Below, piece after piece: positions 40,192-50,417 of a stretch of 64,000 nt of DNA. A program made the translations under genes and the position numbers. How positions within the stretch are numbered: position 1 is the stretch's first letter; each line of letters starts with the position of its first letter. A model generated the notes under the pieces. It had not been told where the DNA came from, searched no databases, and saw only the letters and a list, made by a program, of their open reading frames with translations. This DNA comes from Polyangiales bacterium (GTDB taxonomy: Bacteria; Myxococcota_A; Polyangia; Polyangiales; Ga0077539), in contig JBGARZ010000023.1 in the NCBI GenBank assembly GCA_044229975.1, positions 64,001 to 128,000 on the forward strand, read 5' to 3'.

Positions 40192-41403
40192 TCAGGGGAG
40201 CCCGCCGAGCCGCTGCAGGGCCGCGATCATCTCGCCGACCTCACGCGCCTGAGCGTCCATGACGTCCGCCGCGAGGTCGGCGAGCTCGGCGCGGCGGAGC
40301 ACCGGGAGCGCGCGGTGCGCGGGCTCGAGCCCGCCGCCGTGATGGGGGATCATCCCCTCCAGGAACATCCGGTCGAGCGCGCGGCCCGAGAGGGAGCGCA
40401 TGGCGGCCATGTCGCGTTCCATGTGCGGGTCGGGGATGGGGGGCGGCTCCGGCGCGACGCCGAGCGCGCGGCGGGCGTCCTGCATCACGGTGATCTCGCG
40501 GGTCTGCGCCTCGCGCATGCTCGCGGCCATGCGGCGCACCTCCGGGTCGGCGCCGCGGGCGACCTCCATCTCGGCCATCATCACCGCGCCGCGGTGGTGG
40601 GGGATGAGCATGTCGGTGAAGCGCACGTCGTCGGTCGGGGTGAAGGGCGCGCGCGGGTCGGGCGGCGGCCGGATCGCCGCCGGGTCGATCGCGCGCGACT
40701 CCGCTGCGAGCGCCGCGCGGGCGTCGCCCGTGAGCCGGTCGAGCAGGGCGTACATCTCCCCGACCTCCTCGGCCTGAGCGACGTAGATCGAGCGCGCGAT
40801 GTCGCGCAGGTCGGCGCGCCGCAGGTGCGGCAGGGCGCGGTGGGCGGCCGGGAGGCCACCGCCGTGGTGCGGGATCATGTGGACCAGGAACGCGCGGTCG
40901 AGCGCCGAGCCGGAGAGCGACGCGAGCCGGGCCATGTCCGCCTCGCCCGTCGGGTCGTCGATCGGGGGGTAGTCCCCCACGCCCGTCAGCTCCTCGCGCG
41001 CGACGCGCAGGAGGTCCAGCTCGCGCGCCTGGGCGTCGCGCATGTGCTCCGCCATCCGACGGACCTCGGCGTCCTCGCCGCGCTCAAGGACCATCTCCGC
41101 CATCTCAATGGCCATGTGGTGGTGCGGCTTGAAGAAGTCGATGAACTCGACGTCCCCGAGCGGGGTGTACGGGCCCCGCGGGTCGGGCCTCGCCTCGTCC
41201 GTCGGCGTCGCAGGGCCCGCGTCCCCGGGCCCGGGTCGGCCGGCGTCCGCCGCGGCGCCCGCATCCGCCACGACGGCCGCGTCCGTGTCCCCGTGAGGGC
41301 GTCCGTGGGAGAGGGCCCGGAACCACTCCTCCCAGGGACAGCCGGGCAGCGCGGCGAGGGCGGCCGCGAGGAGCACGCCGCGAAGAAATCGACTCTGGTG
41401 CAT
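40192..41403 (-). CDS. Lipoprotein with tandem DUF305 (CopM-like) domains
   Basis: Lipobox LPGC and four (MI/FK)PHH motifs with AQxxE(I/V/L) helices. Confidence 0.85.
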   Translation of the reverse strand: MHQSRFLRGVLLAAALAALPGCPWEEWFRALSHGRPHGDTDAAVVADAGAAADAGRPGPGDAGPATPTDEARPDPRGPYTPLGDVEFIDFFKPHHHMAIEMAEMVLERGEDAEVRRMAEHMRDAQARELDLLRVAREELTGVGDYPPIDDPTGEADMARLASLSGSALDRAFLVHMIPHHGGGLPAAHRALPHLRRADLRDIARSIYVAQAEEVGEMYALLDRLTGDARAALAAESRAIDPAAIRPPPDPRAPFTPTDDVRFTDMLIPHHRGAVMMAEMEVARGADPEVRRMAASMREAQTREITVMQDARRALGVAPEPPPIPDPHMERDMAAMRSLSGRALDRMFLEGMIPHHGGGLEPAHRALPVLRRAELADLAADVMDAQAREVGEMIAALQRLGGLP

Positions 41404-41663
41404 GACGATGCCTCCTTAGTGGGGGCGACGGGTCGCCCTCGGCGACGCGTGCAACGGAGCGGCCACCCTGCGGTTCGGGCGATGGCGAGCCACGCGCTGG
41501 CGTGCGTTGCCGCAGGTGTGGCGCACCGATGCGGGCGGCCGCGGTCCACGCGGACTGGGCGCCGACGCGGCGACGTGAGAATCTCGCGCCGCATCGTTGA
41601 ACCTCGGGCCGAGGGAGGTCGTCGTAGCGCGGCGACATCGACGTCGGAGGAGCGGAGGAGCCG

Positions 41664-42458
41664 ATGGGGAAGAACTGCCCGAATCCCGCCTGCGGGGCCT
41701 TCACAGCGGACGACGGGGCCGCCTTCTGCTCGCGCTGCGCGACGCCGCTGGCCCGCGCCCCGTTCCCCACCGAGGTGAACCCGGCGCTCGCGGCCCCGTG
41801 GACCAGCCCGCCCTCGCAGGCGTCTCACCGCGTGTCGTGGCCGATGCTCGTGGCCGCCGCCCTCGCGGCCTCTACGCTCGCCGGGGGCGCCTTCCTCGCC
41901 CTCGCCCGCCGGCCACCCCCCGCGGCGCCGCCCGCCCCGGCGGTCCCCGGCGAACCGGGCCAGGCCGAGCAGCGCGCGCTCCCGCCCATGGTTCCGGCCT
42001 CGACGCCGCCCGCTGTTCCCCCCGCGCCGCCCGCGGCGCCGGCGTACCCCGCGGCCCCGTCCCCCGCGTGGCTCTCGTCGGTCCACTACCGCAGCCCGGG
42101 CGTCGATCTGCACGCGGGCGACCTCGACGCCGCCGACGGGCGCTGCGTCCGCCTGACGGGCGCGATGATCACCCTGGAGGTGCCGGGCGGCGACCAGTTC
42201 GTCTCCGACGGGGACCCGCAGCGCGCCGACCTCGAGCTGCGCCTCGGCGCCCCCGCCGGGCAGACCTATGATGTGGAGCTCGGCGTCGGCCACAACCGCT
42301 TCGTTCCGGTGGGCAGCGGCCTCACGGGCGACCAGTCGATCGACCTCGACCGCGCCGGCGGGCGCGTGGGCCGCTTCGTGCGGGTCTCCACGCGGCGCAC
42401 CGGCGGCACCATCTGCCTCGACGGCGTCATGGCGACCCGGCGCGTGCCGCAGGCCTGA
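41664..42458 (+). CDS. Hypothetical membrane protein with N-terminal zinc ribbon
   Basis: RBS GGAGG, CPNPAC...CSRC, one TM, Pro-rich linker, beta-rich C-terminal domain. Confidence 0.65.
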   Translation: MGKNCPNPACGAFTADDGAAFCSRCATPLARAPFPTEVNPALAAPWTSPPSQASHRVSWPMLVAAALAASTLAGGAFLALARRPPPAAPPAPAVPGEPGQAEQRALPPMVPASTPPAVPPAPPAAPAYPAAPSPAWLSSVHYRSPGVDLHAGDLDAADGRCVRLTGAMITLEVPGGDQFVSDGDPQRADLELRLGAPAGQTYDVELGVGHNRFVPVGSGLTGDQSIDLDRAGGRVGRFVRVSTRRTGGTICLDGVMATRRVPQA

Positions 42459-42509
42459 TCGCGCGTCGCGGGGCCGCCGCGCGGAGCAACGTCAGCGCGC
42501 GGCCCCGCC

Positions 42510-43139
42510 CTACCTCACGACTGGCTGCTCGACGACGCGCACGACCAGCCCCCAGAGCTGCCCCGAGCACCGGTAGGCGTCGGCCACGACGTACCCCTCC
42601 GCGTCGATCGAGGGCGCGCCCGTGATCGTGCAGACGCCGATGTCGTCGTCGAACATCACGTCCGCGTCGATCGCGCGAAACTCTAGGAAGGCCTCCAGCG
42701 GCACCGCGCCGACGTCTACGGGGGCGCTCACCCAGGTTGGCGCGACCGTGTCCTGCGCGACGCTGGTGCCTCCCAGCACGCGGCCGTTGAGGCTCACCGC
42801 CACGCGCACGTCCGGCGCGGCGTAGGCGCCGTTCATCAGCGACGCCACCTCGGGGGCCACCGCCGTGAGCGCCGACAGCCCGCCGACGCTCGGCATCAAC
42901 CCGAGCATGGCGTGCCGCAGCGGGGGAGCGAGGCCCTGGACGGCGGCCCGCGCGACCGCGGGCGGCAGCGTGCCCGTGCCGTCCCAGGGGCGGCCGTCGC
43001 TCTTGCCGGGGGCGATCAGGGCGGCCGTCACGAACACCTGCAACCGGCCGGTGGGACGGCGCGTATGCGTCCCGGCACAGCTCATCTCTCCGACGGCCAA
43101 CACCGCAACGCCGGCGATCGCCGACAACCGCACGCCCAT
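42510..43139 (-). CDS. Hypothetical secreted/lipoprotein with C2-like domain
   Basis: KSDGRPWD...APDVRV...QDTVAPTW...IDADVMFDDDIG. Confidence 0.6.
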   Translation of the reverse strand: MGVRLSAIAGVAVLAVGEMSCAGTHTRRPTGRLQVFVTAALIAPGKSDGRPWDGTGTLPPAVARAAVQGLAPPLRHAMLGLMPSVGGLSALTAVAPEVASLMNGAYAAPDVRVAVSLNGRVLGGTSVAQDTVAPTWVSAPVDVGAVPLEAFLEFRAIDADVMFDDDIGVCTITGAPSIDAEGYVVADAYRCSGQLWGLVVRVVEQPVVR

Positions 43140-43222
43140 GGGGCGGACCCTCGCCCAGCCGGGCGAGCAGCGCAAGCCGCTAAACTCACTACGGATACCG
43201 ACTTCGTCTTCGATGAGAAGTC

Positions 43223-43672
43223 GTGAACCAAAAAAGAGGAGCGACCTTGCACGGAGAGCGTGTCGAAGTCATGCCGTTCGCCATGGAATCCGCTGCAACC
43301 TTCGCCTACGACGCCGAGCGTGAAACCCTCCTCGCTCTCGCCCCCATCGTGCAGCCGTTGGCGCTGGGGATGGGCGACCGGGACGAGGTCCGGGACGCCG
43401 CGCTCGCGGCCTTGGGCCACAACTTCCGCCCCGCCTGGCGGCTCGTGAAGCGCGTCGCGCGCGGGCTCAACGCGGATGGCTCTCGCGCCGCCATGAGCCG
43501 CAGGCACTGGATGCTGGTCCGGCAGGTGAAGTGGGCCATGCACAACGTTGTGCGGTGCGCCCAAGGGTTGAGCGCGCTCCCTCCGCAGGAGGACCTGCGG
43601 GTGTTCATGGCAGCGCCGACCTTTTCGCCTCGGCCGAGGGCCGCGCTGACGCGTTTCACCCGGACTTGGTAG
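43223..43672 (+). CDS. Hypothetical protein
   Basis: 149-aa ORF with a protein-like composition in the middle. No recognised motif, start uncertain. Confidence 0.35.
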   Translation: MNQKRGATLHGERVEVMPFAMESAATFAYDAERETLLALAPIVQPLALGMGDRDEVRDAALAALGHNFRPAWRLVKRVARGLNADGSRAAMSRRHWMLVRQVKWAMHNVVRCAQGLSALPPQEDLRVFMAAPTFSPRPRAALTRFTRTW

Positions 43673-44013
43673 ACCGAGTGGGAAGAGCGGCTCGGGAGGA
43701 TCCGAGAGATGCAGCGGGCCGTTGGCATCGAGCCCCTCCGCCCGCGCCGGTGCGTCGTCCGGCCCGTCCGACCCGCCCGCCGGCCCCGCCCCGCCGCGGG
43801 CCGAGGTAGCGCGGGGCGATCGCTCCCACGAACGATCCGATTGGATCGGCGGCTGCCCAGTAGCCTCGGTCACAAGGCGACGTCGCGTGGGGGCCTCGAC
43901 GGTCTTCACGGGCGCCGAAGCACATCGGTACGCCGCGGTAGCGGTCCAGCATGCGTGTACTGCGCATCGTGCTGGTTGGCGTGCGGTCCTTCCTTTCAGC
44001 ATGCGTGCCACAT

Positions 44014-44125
44014 GGACTAGATATCTGGAACTGTTGACCTACTAGTCCACTGCGTGTAAGCTTCTTTTTAGCGAGTTTTTGTAGAAACGGACTAGATGCC
44101 AGACATAGAGAAAGAATTAGTCCAC
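44014..44125 (+). promoter_or_regulatory. Sigma70 promoter with two GGACTAGAT-N20-TAGTCCAC operator units
   Basis: TTGACC 44034-39, N17, TAAGCT 44057-62. Operator units at 44014-44050 and 44089-44125. Confidence 0.7.
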
Positions 44126-45208
44126 GTTGCGCGGCTCGCCCTTGAGGGGCGACGCCCCGACCTCGTCGCCGTTGTCCGGCGCTCCCTCCGGTCCCTCGCA
44201 GGGCGACGGCCCGACTTGCAGGAGCAGATCAACGCGGTGCTGGCTCTCGCGTCGGCCAACCCCCCGATCCGCGAGGCGTCCAGGCTCCCCATCCCCGCGG
44301 ACAACGACAGCCGTGCCGAGCTCATCCGCCGCGATGACCAGCCGGAGGTGGCGATCGAGCCGACGTGGCCTGCGGCCGTCGAGAAGGCGCTCGGGGAGTT
44401 TTTGCTGGAGCGTGACCGGGAGGCGGAACTGCGCGCGGCTGGTCTGTCCCCCGTCCGCTCGCTGCTTTTCATCGGCCCGCCCGGTGTCGGCAAGACCATG
44501 GCTGCGCACTGGGTGGCCCAGCGTCTCGGGCGGTCGCTCCTCACGCTCGACCTGGCGGCCGTGATGAGCTCCTACCTGGGGCGCACGGGGCTCAACTTGA
44601 AGGTCGTGTTGGACTACGCACGGCACCAACACGCGGTGCTGCTGCTGGACGAGTTCGACGCCATCGCCAAGCGCCGCAACGACGACGCGGAGGTCGGGGA
44701 GCTCAAGCGCCTCGTCACGGTGCTCCTCCAAGCCATCGACCAGTGGCCGAGCGACGGGGTGCTGCTGGCGGCGACCAACCACCCTGAGTTGCTTGATGCC
44801 GCTGTGTGGCGCCGCTTCGACCGGGTGATCGAGTTCCCGTGTCCGACCGTCCCGGAGATTCGGTCGTCCGTGGAGAGGCTCCTTGGCGCGCCGGCGGCCT
44901 CGGACCTCGCCGAGGTCCTCGACACGCTGGCCGCCCTTCTCGGCGGCCAATCCTTCGCGGACGTCGTGCGGCATGTGAACTCCGCGCGCCGCGCGTCGGT
45001 GCTGCGGGGCATCCCGCTGAGCGAGGCGCTGACCGAGCTGACGAGCGAGCTCGTCCGCGCGGCGCCACTGGAGCGAAAACTACAGTTCGCCCGCGAGCTC
45101 GAACGCCAGAAGCGCTCGCAGCGGACGATCTCCCAGATCACGGGGCTCTCCCGCGACACGATCCGAAAGCACCTGGGCAAGGGCGCCCCGACGGGCGGTC
45201 GGAAATAG
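44096..45208 (+). CDS. AAA+ ATPase (IetA-like) with C-terminal HTH
   Basis: GPPGVGKT, LLLDEFDAI, AATNH, AVWRRFD, and HTH SQRTISQITGLSRDTIRKHL. Confidence 0.88.
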   Translation: MPDIEKELVHVARLALEGRRPDLVAVVRRSLRSLAGRRPDLQEQINAVLALASANPPIREASRLPIPADNDSRAELIRRDDQPEVAIEPTWPAAVEKALGEFLLERDREAELRAAGLSPVRSLLFIGPPGVGKTMAAHWVAQRLGRSLLTLDLAAVMSSYLGRTGLNLKVVLDYARHQHAVLLLDEFDAIAKRRNDDAEVGELKRLVTVLLQAIDQWPSDGVLLAATNHPELLDAAVWRRFDRVIEFPCPTVPEIRSSVERLLGAPAASDLAEVLDTLAALLGGQSFADVVRHVNSARRASVLRGIPLSEALTELTSELVRAAPLERKLQFARELERQKRSQRTISQITGLSRDTIRKHLGKGAPTGGRK

Positions 45209-45223
45209 AAGGGTTGAAGGACC

Positions 45224-47464
45224 ATGGCGCGCGAGAACAACTTTTTGCTCGGTCGCGGTGAGCGCCTCACCGAGCCCGTCGAAGTGCCCTCGGGCGGAGG
45301 CGACAAGAACCCTCCCTACGACTTCGACAACGCCCGCACCCGCGTGGCGCAGAGGCTCGCTGTTGCGGGGGACACGATGCGGTCGATGCCAAGAGACGCC
45401 TGCCCGCGCGGCGAGGCGGTCGCGATCCTGACCATGCACCCCCGCTACATTTCGAAGAGCGATTTTCCCAACGAGTTGCTGATCGCCGCCGGCGTGCGGG
45501 CGGTGGGCAGCCGGTCGCGCGCCGTCACGCCCGAGCGGTGGGGCGTGCAGCTCCATCCGGTGCGCGCCGTCACCGAGGAGATCTTCATCGCGGGACCCCG
45601 CGACAACTTCACCCGGTGGGCGGCGCAGGTGAGCGCGTGGACCGAGCAGACCCGCGGCGCGCGCCACCTGACCCACGTCGAGGACCTGGCCGCCTTCACG
45701 GCGTCCGAGAAGCTCCGCGCGATCCCTGCGAACCGGGACGAGGTGCTCCTCGAGGTGGTGCTCCACAACGCCGACGACGAGGGCATCGTCGAGGCTTTCG
45801 AGGCCTACGCGCTGCGCCGCGGGGCGCGGCCGCTCATGGAGCGCCTGCGCCGGGTGCAGGGCCTGGGGTTCGTGCCGGTGAGGGCGGCGGCCGAGAGGGT
45901 CGGCGAGTTGGCGGCGTTCACGTTCGTGCGCGTCGCGCGCGGGATGCCCTCGCTGCGCCCTTGCGAGCCGGGGGTGCTCCGCGTGGTGGGCGGGTTCCCG
46001 GTCAACCTGCCGACGGAGGGCCCCCTCGACAACGAGGTCCGCGCGGTGGTCTTTGACGGCGGCCTGCCGAAGTCCGAGCGCGCGCGGCTCGCCCCGTGGG
46101 TCACGTACGTCGAGCCGGCGGGCATCGGCCCCGCCGTGCCTCAGTACGAGGCCCACGGCCTGAGCGTGACGGCGGCGCTGGCCTTCGGCCCCCTCTCGAA
46201 GGCGGGTCCGCTGCCGCGACCGCTCTGTCACATCGACCATGTGCGCATCCTCGACGACGGCACGGGCACGACCCCGAGCGACCTCGAGTGCGTGGACGCC
46301 CTCGACCGGATCCTGGGCTTCCTGGAGGCGCACCCGGCCGAGTACGGGTATGCCAATATCAGCGTGGGTCCGAACATCGCCGTGGCAGACGACGAGGTCA
46401 CCCTTTGGACCGCCTCGCTGGACGAGCGGTTCGCTCACGGCGCGATCCTCGCGACCATCGCCGCGGGCAACGACGGAGAGCTCGACGCGGAGAGCGGCGC
46501 CAACCGGGTCCAGCCGCCCGCGGACGGCGTGAACGTGCTGGCCGTCGGCGCGTCCCACCGGCCCGGGTCCGCCTGGCAGAGGGCGGCCTACAGCTGCGTC
46601 GGCCCGGGGCGCAGCCCCGGCGTGGTGAAGCCCGATGGCGTGGCGTTCGGCGGCTCCGACGAGGAGCCCTTTATGGTGCTCGGACCCGGCCTCCGCGCGC
46701 GCGGCGTCCAGGGCACCAGCTTCGCGTCGCCCTTCGCGCTGCGCAACGCGCTGTCCGCGCGCGTGCAGATCGGCAGCGACCTCGCGCCCCTCACCGCCCG
46801 CGCGCTGCTGATCCACCGGGCGGACCCGGCCAAGCACCCCCAGCCCCACGTCGGCTGGGGTCGCTTCGAGTCGGACTCATCGATGTTGGTCACCTGCGAC
46901 GACGACGAGGCGGTCGTGGTGTTCCAGGGCGAGCTCCCTGTGAAGGAGCACCTTCGGGCGCCGATCCCCCTCTCGCAGGTGGCCTTGGCGGGGAAGGTCA
47001 CGCTCTCGGCGACCCTCCTGATCGCGCCCGAGGTCGATCCGGGCTACCCCGGCGTCTACACGCGCAGCGGGCTGGAGGTCTCCTTCCGCCCGCACCGGGA
47101 CAAGTTCAAGCGGTACGACGACGGCTCGACGTCCGCTCACCCCAAGACGGACTCGTTCTTTTCGGCGGCGCACCTATACGGCGTGCCCGAGTACGAGACC
47201 CGCGAGGATGGTCACAAGTGGGAGCCGGTGCTGCGCAGCTCCCGGACGTTCCTCGCGTCGTCGCTCAAGGAGCCGTGCTTCGACATCTACTACCACCACC
47301 GCAGCAAGGGCACGGCGGCCGCCGAGCAGCATCCAATCCCCTACGCGCTCGTGGTGAGCGTGAAGGCCCCGAAGGTGGCCGACCTCTACAACCAGGTCGT
47401 GCGCGCCTACGCGAACATCCTCGTGCCGATGCGGCCGCGCGTGCAGATCCCCCTGTCGGCCTAG
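45224..47464 (+). CDS. S8 subtilisin-like serine protease (IetS-like)
   Basis: Catalytic D (VFDGG), H (HGLSV), oxyanion N (AAGND), S (GTSFASP), KPD motif. No signal peptide. Follows the AAA ATPase. Confidence 0.88.
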   Translation: MARENNFLLGRGERLTEPVEVPSGGGDKNPPYDFDNARTRVAQRLAVAGDTMRSMPRDACPRGEAVAILTMHPRYISKSDFPNELLIAAGVRAVGSRSRAVTPERWGVQLHPVRAVTEEIFIAGPRDNFTRWAAQVSAWTEQTRGARHLTHVEDLAAFTASEKLRAIPANRDEVLLEVVLHNADDEGIVEAFEAYALRRGARPLMERLRRVQGLGFVPVRAAAERVGELAAFTFVRVARGMPSLRPCEPGVLRVVGGFPVNLPTEGPLDNEVRAVVFDGGLPKSERARLAPWVTYVEPAGIGPAVPQYEAHGLSVTAALAFGPLSKAGPLPRPLCHIDHVRILDDGTGTTPSDLECVDALDRILGFLEAHPAEYGYANISVGPNIAVADDEVTLWTASLDERFAHGAILATIAAGNDGELDAESGANRVQPPADGVNVLAVGASHRPGSAWQRAAYSCVGPGRSPGVVKPDGVAFGGSDEEPFMVLGPGLRARGVQGTSFASPFALRNALSARVQIGSDLAPLTARALLIHRADPAKHPQPHVGWGRFESDSSMLVTCDDDEAVVVFQGELPVKEHLRAPIPLSQVALAGKVTLSATLLIAPEVDPGYPGVYTRSGLEVSFRPHRDKFKRYDDGSTSAHPKTDSFFSAAHLYGVPEYETREDGHKWEPVLRSSRTFLASSLKEPCFDIYYHHRSKGTAAAEQHPIPYALVVSVKAPKVADLYNQVVRAYANILVPMRPRVQIPLSA

Positions 47465-47554
47465 CGTCGCCCACCGGTCCCAGACCCGACGAGCGAACTC
47501 GTTCCCGCGCACGGCCTTTGAGGGCCTCCACCAACCCCGATCATCGAGAGAGCC

Positions 47555-47716
47555 ATGACCACTAAGAAGCCGAACATCGAGCGCCAACACCCCGACCCGC
47601 GACCCCCGCGCCAGGGCGAGTTTCGCCAAGACCACGGGCGGGAGCCGGGCCTGATCACCAACCAGATGCCGAAGGAGAGCAACCCTCCTCCCGCGCCGCC
47701 GGCCGACAAGAAGTGA
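47555..47716 (+). CDS. Small Pro-rich protein (53 aa, below the ORF-track cutoff)
   Basis: MTTKKPNIERQHPDPRPPRQGEFRQDHGREPGLITNQMPKESNPPPAPPADKK, with purine-rich GAGAGAG upstream and GC3-rich codons. Confidence 0.5.
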   Translation: MTTKKPNIERQHPDPRPPRQGEFRQDHGREPGLITNQMPKESNPPPAPPADKK

Positions 47717-47743
47717 TTCCGTAGAAGGCGGTTCAAGCTCCTC

Positions 47744-48760
47744 GTGGACGTCGGTTGCACTCCCATCCTCAGCTTCGTCGGCACCCTCCTCGCCTTGGGG
47801 GTGACCAAGACTTTCGAGCGGGTGCTGACGCGGCGCCAGGACGCGAGCGACCTGGCGAGGGACGTCCTCGTGGACTTCGCGAGCACGCTGACCAGCGTAG
47901 AGCGGACCCTCGCGGTGCTGGCCCGCGAGCCCGCGGTCTCCCGGCGCGAAGACCTCCCAAGCATTTCGAGCGCGTTCAGCCGTAGGCCTCCGACCATCTC
48001 GCTCGAGCGCATGCTCAACGTCTTTCACGACGAGCGCCTCCACCGCTCCCTGATGCTCTTCTTCGACCGCCAAGCGCTGTTCGCGGAAAGCTCGGACGAG
48101 CGCCGAGCCGCCTTCTATTGGTTGATCGACCGGCCGGAAACGTCCGCGGAGGACCTAGCGGCTCAGGAGCGGCTGGGCGTCATCCGGTACTCGCGGGTGC
48201 AGATGACGCAGCACTGCTCGGACATGCTCAGGCACGGATACGAAGTGATCGAGCACCTCTTCGACCGCGCGGAGCGGGCGTTCGCACCCATGAGGGCGGA
48301 CTTCGCGGAGACGCGGGCGTTCCTCAAGTCTAAGTACGGCCTGGACTCGGAGACGATCCGCTTGAGGCGCGCGTACTACAGCGCCGAACGGATCGAAGAC
48401 GACGAGGCGCAGGCCGCTCCGTTCGAGCCCAGCCTCGCCTACGGCCTCACGTCGTGGGAGGGGCCCCTCGCCAACGAGGTGGCCGCCCGCGGAGGCTGCC
48501 TCCAACTCCGGGTAGAATCCCCCTCGCAGGAATGCCGCCTGCTCCTCTCGCTCTCGCCCGAGACGGAAGTCGCTCTGCCACGCAACGCTCGCGTGGTCTG
48601 CGCTCACGTATGCCTGCGGGGCACCGGAGCGGGTGGTGTTCACCACGCGGTGAATCTCGAGCAACTCGACGTGACCAAGCCGCCCGTGGTGGGCCGCGTT
48701 CGACTGGAGGGTCCCTCGCTTGCGCGGTTGGGAGACGCCCTCCGAGAGCGGGGCCAATGA
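47744..48760 (+). CDS. Hypothetical protein with one N-terminal TM and a helical body
   Basis: ILSFVGTLLALGV hydrophobic segment, coding-like codon usage. Lies between ietS and the CD-NTase. Confidence 0.6.
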   Translation: MDVGCTPILSFVGTLLALGVTKTFERVLTRRQDASDLARDVLVDFASTLTSVERTLAVLAREPAVSRREDLPSISSAFSRRPPTISLERMLNVFHDERLHRSLMLFFDRQALFAESSDERRAAFYWLIDRPETSAEDLAAQERLGVIRYSRVQMTQHCSDMLRHGYEVIEHLFDRAERAFAPMRADFAETRAFLKSKYGLDSETIRLRRAYYSAERIEDDEAQAAPFEPSLAYGLTSWEGPLANEVAARGGCLQLRVESPSQECRLLLSLSPETEVALPRNARVVCAHVCLRGTGAGGVHHAVNLEQLDVTKPPVVGRVRLEGPSLARLGDALRERGQ

Positions 48761-48920
48761 ACGGGATGCAAGACAGTCGTGTGCCGCGCGAACCCCGCGT
48801 CCCTCGGCGCGAAGTCGCGTTCAGATCACAAAACGCCCGGCAACCGGTCGCCGGGACAGGAGCACGAACAGGTGGCGAAACTTGTCCGTCGAGCGCGACT
48901 GGCTCCAGTGTCCCGATCCC

Positions 48921-50378
48921 ATGAAGCTCCTCGACCACTTCAGCGAGTTTATGACCGAGGTCGTGAACCTAAACGACACGCGGGTGGACCAGCTCGAAAA
49001 GAGCATCGTCACCCTCAAGGGAGTCATCCGCGGTTCCGCCTGGGGGCCAAAGGTGAGTTCCTTTGAGGCTCAAGGATCGTGGGCCCACAAGACGATCATC
49101 AGGCCTGTCGGCGACAACGCCTTTGACGCCGATCTGCTCGCCTTCGTGGAGCCTGTCGAGGGATGGGACGCCCGGAAGTACCTCACCACCCTCCGCTCGG
49201 TGTTCGCCAGCCTCGCCCCCTACGAAGGGAAGGTCACCCGCTCGTCGCACTGCGTGACGATCGAATATGCCGGAGAACGCAAGATCGACATCGCCCCATG
49301 TGTCGTGGACAGGACGGGCGTTCCTCGCTTCGAGGTATGCAACCACGATCGGAACGAATTCGAGGAATCGGAGCCGAAAAAGTACACCGACTGGTTTGTC
49401 CAGCGGAACGCTTGGACGGGTGGCAACGGCCTCCGCAAGGTGACCCGGCTCCTGAAGTATCTGCGCGACATCAAGGGCACGTTTACCTGCCCGTCGGTTC
49501 TCTTCACCACCCTGCTTGGCTACCGGATCGACTGGCTCGACGATGCCAACTCAAAAGAGTTCAACGATTTGCCGACGTCGCTCAAGACCATCACGAGCCG
49601 TCTGGACGACTGGTTGCAGACGCGACCGTTGCGGCCGAACGTGACCAACCCGGTCCTGCCTTCCGAGGCCTTCAGCGACTTGTGGGACGATGCGCAGTAC
49701 GCGAACTTTCGAGAGCGAATCCATACGTACCGCGCCTGGATCGACGACGCCTACGACGAGACCGACCCCGACGAGAGCATCGGTAAATGGCAGCGAGTGT
49801 TCGGCGATCAGTTCGCCAAGAACGCCGCGATGGAGAAGGCCGCCTTGGTGTCGGAGGACGCCGCTAGCCGCCTTTCGGAAAGCACGATACTTGCGGGCCC
49901 CGGCTCGCGGGAAGACCTAGTCGCACTCTTCACCCGCTTCGGGCGACAGATCCTGCCGAAGGGGTTCGACAGGCTCCCGCACAAGCACCGGCCACGCTGG
50001 CCTGCACTCTCGAGACCTCCGTTTCGGGTCAGCGTTGTGGCCAACCGTCACACCGCCCGAAACGGCGACTGGATTGCGCCGGTGGCCTCCGGGGAGGGCC
50101 CTTTGCCTAAGCACCACTGGCTCCAGTTCCGGGCTCGTACCGAAGACGGCTCTCCTCTAGCGGCCAACTTCGAGGTCCATTGGCGCGTGACCAACACCGA
50201 CCGGGCGGCCAGGGAAGCCGACTGCCTGCGCGGGTGGTTTGATAGGGGCAACGACGGAGCATCCCGTTGGGAGCGACTCCAGTACCGGGGCGTCCACTCC
50301 GTGGAGGCCTTTGTCGTGCGCAGGGACGACCAGATGTTGGTGTCCCAGAGCGATCCCTTCTACGTGGTCATCGAATAG
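48921..50378 (+). CDS. SMODS-family CD-NTase with C-terminal AGS-C domain (CBASS cyclase)
   Basis: VNLN, QGSWAHKTIIRP, FDADLL, IDIAP, RLLKYLRD, SVLFTTL, W..VFG..F. C-terminal VHWRVTN...LRG...E.LQYRGVHSVEAFVV. Confidence 0.85.
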   Translation: MKLLDHFSEFMTEVVNLNDTRVDQLEKSIVTLKGVIRGSAWGPKVSSFEAQGSWAHKTIIRPVGDNAFDADLLAFVEPVEGWDARKYLTTLRSVFASLAPYEGKVTRSSHCVTIEYAGERKIDIAPCVVDRTGVPRFEVCNHDRNEFEESEPKKYTDWFVQRNAWTGGNGLRKVTRLLKYLRDIKGTFTCPSVLFTTLLGYRIDWLDDANSKEFNDLPTSLKTITSRLDDWLQTRPLRPNVTNPVLPSEAFSDLWDDAQYANFRERIHTYRAWIDDAYDETDPDESIGKWQRVFGDQFAKNAAMEKAALVSEDAASRLSESTILAGPGSREDLVALFTRFGRQILPKGFDRLPHKHRPRWPALSRPPFRVSVVANRHTARNGDWIAPVASGEGPLPKHHWLQFRARTEDGSPLAANFEVHWRVTNTDRAAREADCLRGWFDRGNDGASRWERLQYRGVHSVEAFVVRRDDQMLVSQSDPFYVVIE

Positions 50379-50417
50379 ACCGTGGCCAGCCTGCGCTGGC
50401 CGCTGTGAGGCAAACCG

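Noticed and set aside
41427..41454. TGCAC...CGTC upstream of the DUF305 gene (minus strand)
   Set aside because: The -35 is mismatched and the spacer is 18 nt, so it is too weak to assign to the TGTAA-N17-CGTC set.
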